Assembly (NCBI GenBank): GCA_964520225.1
Contig: CAZFNV010000004.1
Coordinates: forward strand, 14,520-78,519
DNA from: an uncultured Candidatus Saccharibacteria bacterium
GTDB lineage: Bacteria > Patescibacteriota > Minisyncoccia > Phycocordibacterales > UBA9973
DNA: 64,000 bases
Reading direction: 5' to 3'
Shown: in pieces, positions 58,186 to 64,000 of the stretch
How the letters are laid out: each line of letters begins with the position of its first letter
Position numbering within the stretch: position 1 is the first letter of the stretch
Program-made: the position numbers and the translations under genes
Notes under the pieces: generated by a model
Databases searched by the model: none
Seen by the model: only the letters and a program-made list of their open reading frames with translations
Told to the model about the DNA's origin: nothing

Positions 58186-58635
58186 TTATTTTTTACGAGA
58201 TCTTAGTTTAATTATTCTCGAATCTCCTCCATTGTGAGCAAAATGTATGTACTGTGTGTCACGCGGTAGAACTTTTTTCACTCGCTCCGGCCATTCTATC
58301 ACAATTAGAAAATCTTTATTGCCCACAATCTTCTCCCAGCCTAGCATGAGTAAATCTTTTTCGTCCTTCAGACGGTAAGCATCGTAGTGCAGTAGCGCTT
58401 TGTGCTTTTGTTTTCTTAAAGGGTACTTACGCATTATTACAAAAGTCGGACTGTCGACTTTTGTTTTTACTCCCAAACATTTCGCCAGTGCCTTAGTAAA
58501 AGCAGTCTTCCCCGCACCGAGCTCCCCCACTAGTCCCACCACAGTAGCACCACGCAACTCGATAGATAGAATTTTCTCTGCCAACAGCCGAGCAATATCG
58601 TTGGTCTCTTTCAGGCTTTTGGAAACTTTATGCAT
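58186..58635 (-). CDS. tsaE: tRNA t6A biosynthesis ATPase TsaE (YjeE)
   Basis: GELGAGKT Walker A, about 150 aa. Confidence 0.8.
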   Translation of the reverse strand: MHKVSKSLKETNDIARLLAEKILSIELRGATVVGLVGELGAGKTAFTKALAKCLGVKTKVDSPTFVIMRKYPLRKQKHKALLHYDAYRLKDEKDLLMLGWEKIVGNKDFLIVIEWPERVKKVLPRDTQYIHFAHNGGDSRIIKLRSRKK

Positions 58636-58636
58636 A

Positions 58637-59167
58637 TTAGAAAATTTCTTTCTGAAGTTTGTTCTCTATCTCTTCTTCGCTCAGTGGTTTTAGAAGCTTC
58701 TTGAGTTCTGGATCCTTTGATAAATCAACACCTTGTCGCTCGAGTAATATAGAGAGCATTTTCATAACTTTTGTAGTTTCTCGCTCAGCTATCAAATTAA
58801 TCTGGAGGTGTGTTTCAGCGCGCAAGTCATCCACTTTGGAAGTTCTGTTTTGGGAAATGAGCACAAATACAGATAGTATTATGGCTTCAAGCGAAACCAC
58901 TGTAGTGAGCATAATAAACGGATACGGGTCAAACGGCGCAATCCCAGCTATCTGTCCGGTGTTCACAAGTATCCAACCCACGAAAACCGCAACGTTTAAT
59001 AACAAAAAATTAAAACTGCCAAAATGCTCAGTCATATAGTCAGCCAGCCTTTCCATGCGAGTCCTTTTAGCGGCAGCTTGCGCCTTTATCGAATGAAATA
59101 TTTTTCGACGCGACTCTTCGTGTTCTCCAAAAAGAGAGCGTAAAAATGCAATAAAGTCGTTAGGCAT
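58637..59167 (-). CDS. DUF1003-family membrane protein
   Basis: Two TM helices plus coiled-coil tail, a DUF1003-like pattern. Confidence 0.55.
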   Translation of the reverse strand: MPNDFIAFLRSLFGEHEESRRKIFHSIKAQAAAKRTRMERLADYMTEHFGSFNFLLLNVAVFVGWILVNTGQIAGIAPFDPYPFIMLTTVVSLEAIILSVFVLISQNRTSKVDDLRAETHLQINLIAERETTKVMKMLSILLERQGVDLSKDPELKKLLKPLSEEEIENKLQKEIF

Positions 59168-59239
59168 ACTGGATATGAGTATAGCATGGAAACAGAGCTG
59201 TTTGAAAATAAGCCCTAGATTGTTGTATGATAAGCATAA

Positions 59240-59626
59240 ATGCTAAAGAGGCTAATAAAATTTTTTGATAGGCTAGAAGACAAGGTACGCGGACACCTAA
59301 GCCACTACCCGATCGTGTATGCCCTAGCGGGTGGTATTGGGATGGTTTTATTTTGGCGAGGAGTCTGGCATACTGCCGACAACTTAAAACTTGGTGACTT
59401 TGTGTCGCTTGTACTTGGATCAACAATCCTGCTTATAACAGGCGTATTCGTATCTGCTTTTGTGGGAAATAGATTAATTATATCCGGTCTTAGGGGAGAG
59501 AAAAAACTAACCGAGAAAGCTGAGGAAGAAATAGCTAGAGAAGAAAACCAGATTCAAAACCTACAAAGTACTCTAACTCGCCTAGAGCAGAAGATTGACC
59601 AACACATAGAAGAGACAGAAAAATAA
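59240..59626 (+). CDS. Small two-TM membrane protein with C-terminal coiled coil, hypothetical
   Basis: Hydrophobicity pattern only. Confidence 0.3.
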   Translation: MLKRLIKFFDRLEDKVRGHLSHYPIVYALAGGIGMVLFWRGVWHTADNLKLGDFVSLVLGSTILLITGVFVSAFVGNRLIISGLRGEKKLTEKAEEEIAREENQIQNLQSTLTRLEQKIDQHIEETEK

Positions 59627-59740
59627 TCGTGGGAGGCATGAGGGTATCGCGCCCTCTCCAACAGCTCCACAAGCTGATGTGCTACTTCTACACCAATGCC
59701 TCCATGTAGAAACAGTTATACCAGAAAACTCGCCCTTGCG

Positions 59741-62350
59741 CTAGCTTCTGCGTAGTATGTATTTTGTAAATTCCATTAAGAAAACATTGAGAGCAATCCA
59801 GAGGACTATAAGTGGGAGCCACCAGAGCGGAAAGAGCGACAAATCAAATATCTCCCGCATTTGCGGAATAATCATAGTGGCTAGTAATGTGAGAATACCT
59901 ATCAATATGCCAGCGTTCAGTTTATGGTTAGAGAAAACAGGGTAAGAAAAGATAGAGTGATCAAGGCTCCTAATAGCAAAACCTATCACAAGAATATAAG
60001 AAGAGAAACAAACAAAAAACACAGAGTGTATCACCGAGAGATCGAGGCTCGTCTGAACAAGAGCATAATAAATCAAGAAAAGTAATAGACTGCGGAAAAT
60101 ACCAAGACCGAGTATAAGTGTTTTAACCTTTCGGGTGAATATAGGATGCGATTGTTGCACCACGCCCTTAGTTTTATCAAAATTCTCATCGAAGGCAAAA
60201 GCAAGCGAGGGCAAGCTCGCAGTCACGAGATTGACCCAGACTATCTGAAGCGCAGTAAGTGGCAAGGATATGCCGGCAATTAAACTACCACCAATTATAA
60301 AAACTTCATCTAATGAATTCGACATCAGATACACGAAGGCCTTGCGGATGTTAGCAAGAATTCTCCTACCTTCATCTACCGCCATGCTGATAGTTTCAAA
60401 ATTATCATCAAGGAGCACCAGGTCCGACGCGGCTTTTGCCACATCACTTCCGCTCCCGAGCGACACCCCTATATCCATAGCTTTGAGCGAGGGGGCGTCA
60501 TTCACTCCGTCTCCTGTCATCGCCACCACCTCACCAAGCCTGCGATAAAGTTCTCCAATACGGAGCTTATCTTTTGGGGTAACTCGAGCAAATATCTTTA
60601 TCTTAGGTAAAACCAAAAGCAAATCTTCGTCGGACATGACCTCTATATCCTTGCCCGTTAGCACTTGAGATTCCTCCACATGCCAGTTCAGACTCTTCGC
60701 AACAGCAATAGCCGTACCCACTAGGTCGCCGGTAACTAGAACTACCTTTACCCCCTGCGAAGTTAGATTCCTTATAGCGTCTGGCACTTGCGGACGTATT
60801 GGATCATAAAACACAAAAGCCCCTAAGAAGTCTAGGTCAACTATGTCGTCCAGCGTAAAGTGTTTTTTATGTTTTTTGGCGACAGTAGCAATGCCGATCA
60901 ACCGCTTACCCCCACGGCTCATGGTGTCAATAAATTCCATGATTTTTAAATACTTCTCTTTAGAAATATCTGATTTGGAAAGTAGTATGTCTGGCGCGCC
61001 CATTACCACATACTCGTCTCCCCGCTCAGCTACAGAGAACTTGTTGGTTGAATTAAATGGCAGGACTAGGCTCGTAGACCCATCAGCGAGCACGCCAAGC
61101 GATACTCCATGAGCTCGGCATGCCTTGGCTATATTAACTTCAAAAGGTCGCCCCCTAAAAACCCATTCCGACTCTGGGTCTGCTGGATTCTCAACAGATA
61201 TATCTGAGTTTAGAAGAGCCAGAGAAAGTAGATTTTTCTTGGCTTCACTAAATTCTTTATGCGCCACGTCACCAGACAGGATTTCTCCGGTTTCTTCAAC
61301 ACTCACGAGTTGCATTTCAGCCATAGTGAGAGTACCGGTTTTGTCCGTCATGATAAGCGTGGTGGAGCCTAGTGTCTCTGCTGCGTTTAACTTACGGATA
61401 ACCCCCCTCCTCTCAGCAATACGGCCAGCACCGATAGCAAGTATTAAAGTAAGCACTATAGGAAGAGATTCTGGCACCGCCCCCACCGCAACAGCAGAAG
61501 AAAGTACAAGCATGGGCAACAATCCTTCACCGCGCAGAAGACCCAGTAAAAGTATGGCAACCACGATAACAGCAACTATGCAAAATATTATCCAAGCCAC
61601 CTTCGCCACGCTCTTTTGTAGTGGAGTTTCTACTCGATGAGTCTCTGAGACTAAGCCTGCTATTTTACCTATTTCAGTATGGTTGCTTGTCGCATACACC
61701 ACCCCACGACCATAACCCTGCACCACCAGCGTCCCCGCGTGAGCAATGTTTTTTCTATCAGCCACTAATGTATCCACATGTAATTCGGATTCATTTTTAT
61801 TCACTGGCACAGACTCTCCAGTTAGAATCGCCTCATCTGCTGACAAATCATTCACGTCAAAAAGTCTCGCATCTGCTGGAACTCGGGAGCCATAAGAAAG
61901 CTTAATAATATCACCCGGCACAAGTAGCGCTGAGTCTATTTCTTGCTCGACACCTGCGCGGATAACTTTGGCGCGATCTTTGATGTAAGTAGTTAGCTTC
62001 TCCAGCGTATTCTCAGCTTGATATTCGTGGTAAAAACCGAGAGCAACATTTAATAGTACTGCAAGCCCTATAACAATAGTATCTACCCATTCGCGGAGTA
62101 TCCCCGTTAGCGCCGCAGCAGCAAGTAAGAGAAAGATAAGTGGACTTAAGAACTGTTTTAGAAAAAGTGAGAGTGGATTAATTTTCTCCCTAGAATCAAA
62201 AACGTTGCGTCCATATTTTTTAATTCTTTTTTCTGCTTCTTTATCGGTAAGCCCAAGCTCTGAAGTATTAAGCTCTTTGAAAATCTCCTCCGGAGAAGTA
62301 GCCCAGGGCACCGGAACGCGTTCGAAAATCTGTTCTTTTAGTTGAGCCAT
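59741..62350 (-). CDS. P-type cation-transporting ATPase (P2, Ca2+/Mg2+-type)
   Basis: DKTGTLT phosphorylation motif, TGDGVNDAP hinge and 10-TM architecture. Confidence 0.9.
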   Translation of the reverse strand: MAQLKEQIFERVPVPWATSPEEIFKELNTSELGLTDKEAEKRIKKYGRNVFDSREKINPLSLFLKQFLSPLIFLLLAAAALTGILREWVDTIVIGLAVLLNVALGFYHEYQAENTLEKLTTYIKDRAKVIRAGVEQEIDSALLVPGDIIKLSYGSRVPADARLFDVNDLSADEAILTGESVPVNKNESELHVDTLVADRKNIAHAGTLVVQGYGRGVVYATSNHTEIGKIAGLVSETHRVETPLQKSVAKVAWIIFCIVAVIVVAILLLGLLRGEGLLPMLVLSSAVAVGAVPESLPIVLTLILAIGAGRIAERRGVIRKLNAAETLGSTTLIMTDKTGTLTMAEMQLVSVEETGEILSGDVAHKEFSEAKKNLLSLALLNSDISVENPADPESEWVFRGRPFEVNIAKACRAHGVSLGVLADGSTSLVLPFNSTNKFSVAERGDEYVVMGAPDILLSKSDISKEKYLKIMEFIDTMSRGGKRLIGIATVAKKHKKHFTLDDIVDLDFLGAFVFYDPIRPQVPDAIRNLTSQGVKVVLVTGDLVGTAIAVAKSLNWHVEESQVLTGKDIEVMSDEDLLLVLPKIKIFARVTPKDKLRIGELYRRLGEVVAMTGDGVNDAPSLKAMDIGVSLGSGSDVAKAASDLVLLDDNFETISMAVDEGRRILANIRKAFVYLMSNSLDEVFIIGGSLIAGISLPLTALQIVWVNLVTASLPSLAFAFDENFDKTKGVVQQSHPIFTRKVKTLILGLGIFRSLLLFLIYYALVQTSLDLSVIHSVFFVCFSSYILVIGFAIRSLDHSIFSYPVFSNHKLNAGILIGILTLLATMIIPQMREIFDLSLFPLWWLPLIVLWIALNVFLMEFTKYILRRS

Positions 62351-62808
62351 ACTTTATCAAAAAGAGCGTAGAGGGATGTGAAATCATAAGTAAGCGCAGT
62401 AAGAATAAATATACCTACTGAGATCCCCGCAGAAACTAAACACCAAGAGCAACCTTTCTTTAGAATAAAAAACTGAACACCTATTAAATACAAGGAAAAT
62501 AAAAAAGCGAGCAGAGAAGTTAATGCCACAAAACCTACTAGCAAATTTGGCAGTACTCCTTCGAAGGATATGAAGAAAAGGTAGGCTATCGCAACCAGCG
62601 CATAATAGAGCATCCCGAGTATTTCTACTCTAATGTTGAATATTTTAGAATAGTCGCTGTGAACCACGCTATGACAGTCGAAACCAACCATACAGACCAG
62701 TGGCACATCACGCTCTTTGTGGTCACGAATATACTTAGCTACAAAGAAACCTCCGACTGCAAGCAAAAAAACAAAAAAACGCATTAAAAGCTCGTCTCTA
62801 AAATACAT
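62338..62808 (-). CDS. Vitamin K epoxide reductase (VKOR)-family disulfide oxidoreductase
   Basis: Loop Cys pair CMVGFDC plus membrane-embedded CSWC (CxxC) before the last TM helix. Confidence 0.6.
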   Translation of the reverse strand: MYFRDELLMRFFVFLLAVGGFFVAKYIRDHKERDVPLVCMVGFDCHSVVHSDYSKIFNIRVEILGMLYYALVAIAYLFFISFEGVLPNLLVGFVALTSLLAFLFSLYLIGVQFFILKKGCSWCLVSAGISVGIFILTALTYDFTSLYALFDKVWLN

Positions 62809-62854
62809 AAGTTAGAAACAGTATAAAGGAGCGAGAAAAGTAATGCAAACTTAG

Positions 62855-62941
62855 TGGTGCCCAGGGGGAGATTTGAACTCCCATGCCCTTGCGGGCGCTA
62901 CCACCTCAAGGTAGTACGTCTACCAGTTTCGCCACCTGGGC
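62855..62941 (-). tRNA. tRNA-Leu (anticodon GAG), CCA encoded
   Basis: Reverse complement GCCCAGGTGGCGAAACTGGTAGACGTACTACCTTGAGGTGGTAGCGCCCGCAAGGGCATGGGAGTTCAAATCTCCCCCTGGGCACCA, with a long variable arm. Confidence 0.85.
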
Positions 62942-62967
62942 ATGACAAGATTATATTATTTAGAAAA

Positions 62968-63414
62968 TTATTCCGCCACCTCAGCAACCATCGCGTCGTC
63001 TTCCACGACGCTGGAGCGCATTTTACGACGCACGTCTTTCACTGCCTTGGTGCGCACGTAGTAAAGCTTAGATCTGCGAGATCGAGATGCTCGCTTCACA
63101 ATTTCTATTTTATCTATAAGTGGAGAGTAGAGCGGGAAAATTCTTTCCACACCCACGCCAGAAGCTACCTTGCGAACAGTAAATGTTGCCCCCGCCTCAG
63201 CGCCATGTTTGCGAGCGATAACCATACCTTCGAACGCCTGGAGGCGGTATTTTATAGTTTTTTCAGCCTTTTTATCAGCCTTAGTAGAGACTTTTTCTTC
63301 CGCTATTTTAGACCACACACGCACGATATCACCAGATTTAAAATCTAGCTTAGCGCGAGCCTCCATATCTACCGGACTCCATTTAATTTTATTTATCAAA
63401 GCAGTATTTGCCAT
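62968..63414 (-). CDS. rplS: 50S ribosomal protein L19 (with insertion)
   Basis: L19 family (...[11 protein letters not shown]...ERIFPLYSP...). Confidence 0.9.
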   Translation of the reverse strand: MANTALINKIKWSPVDMEARAKLDFKSGDIVRVWSKIAEEKVSTKADKKAEKTIKYRLQAFEGMVIARKHGAEAGATFTVRKVASGVGVERIFPLYSPLIDKIEIVKRASRSRRSKLYYVRTKAVKDVRRKMRSSVVEDDAMVAEVAE

Positions 63415-63461
63415 AGGAGAGAGATTAACACAATGTTAGTTTAAAATCAAATCCAGAAAAT

Positions 63462-63989
63462 TTACAGAAACTCAGCTTGGTAGTCCTTAACACAATATAC
63501 TATTCGCGGATCGTCGGGCGGATATGGAGTATAGATAGCATCTCCACATTTCGCACAGCTTCGATGATACATCTTGGGTTTGGTCATCCTTGCGAACCGT
63601 GCATTCTCTCGACACTTCGGACACTCGTGTGGCACAGGCAAACCCATCTTGCGAAGCAAATTGAGTTCCCCTTGCACAATTTTATAAGAACGACGACAAT
63701 TACCACATTCTATAATTTCATTTAAAATTGAATCGTCGGTTTCTTTAATTGTCTCTGGCAAATCTGAGGCCTTGATTGTGGATTCCGGACTTGGGTTTTC
63801 TTTGTCGTCCCATGTATAACCCATAGAGAGCGCCTGCTCTTTGGTCTTTGGGAAAAATCTCATTGCGTTAGACTTGTTATACGGGAACAAGCTCATCTCT
63901 GGCGGGAAAAATTCTCCATAGAAAAATTTCCGTCCAAGCTTGTCCACATAGGGGTTCACTTTCATGTCTTCAATAATACGAGCTTTCAA
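63462..63989 (-). CDS. Hypothetical protein with C-terminal multi-Cys zinc-ribbon-like motifs
   Basis: CGNC...CPKC...CAKCG...C arrangement, no recognised family. Confidence 0.35.
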   Translation of the reverse strand: MKARIIEDMKVNPYVDKLGRKFFYGEFFPPEMSLFPYNKSNAMRFFPKTKEQALSMGYTWDDKENPSPESTIKASDLPETIKETDDSILNEIIECGNCRRSYKIVQGELNLLRKMGLPVPHECPKCRENARFARMTKPKMYHRSCAKCGDAIYTPYPPDDPRIVYCVKDYQAEFL

Positions 63990-64000
63990 TTTTTCATATT

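Overview
The window is a gene-dense, ~40% GC stretch that is mostly transcribed on the minus strand. Its content points to a reduced-genome CPR/Patescibacteria-like bacterium. The evidence for that is the S10-spc ribosomal operon with no L30 gene (rpsE and rplO overlap), several shortened or tail-extended ribosomal proteins, native genes without strong Shine-Dalgarno sites, a type IV pilus/competence locus and a class II ribonucleotide reductase (RNR).

Main blocks by coordinate:
1. 1-10231: a complete type IV pilus operon (minor pilin, pilD, two pilin paralogues, pilC, pilT, an embedded CheY-like response regulator, pilB, PilP/O/N-like genes, pilM) lying divergently next to comFC.
2. 10404-14961: ATP-grasp ligase, tRNA-Ser, truB, recG.
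3. 14963-21025: a cobalamin-centred locus. It holds two secreted transcobalamin-like proteins (alpha/alpha-toroid and DUF4430 domains) behind a cobalamin-riboswitch-like leader, then a PduO adenosyltransferase, a small membrane protein and an AdoCbl-dependent RNR.
4. 21160-25332: tRNA-Ile with anticodon UAU, ftsH, a tmRNA (ssrA) adjacent to smpB, and infC-rpmI-rplT.
5. 25336-33480: housekeeping genes, including a 923-aa HerA/VirB4-like ATPase with a large uncharacterised N-terminal region.
6. 33515-48723: secY and the spc/S10/str ribosomal operons with tuf and fusA. Between rplB and rpsS the operon is interrupted by a ~450 bp GC-rich cassette that carries its own terminator and promoter-like elements and two small SD-led ORFs.
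7. 48813-63989: M50 protease, rpmB, APH-like kinase, DEAD-box helicase, a dTMP-synthesis cluster (thyA, folA, MazG-like, dCMP deaminase), rplK-nusG-secE, SIMPL, murB, tsaC/tsaE, a P-type ATPase, VKOR, tRNA-Leu and rplS.

All calls rest on reading the translated ORFs and the nucleotide sequence by eye. No database or covariance-model searches were run.
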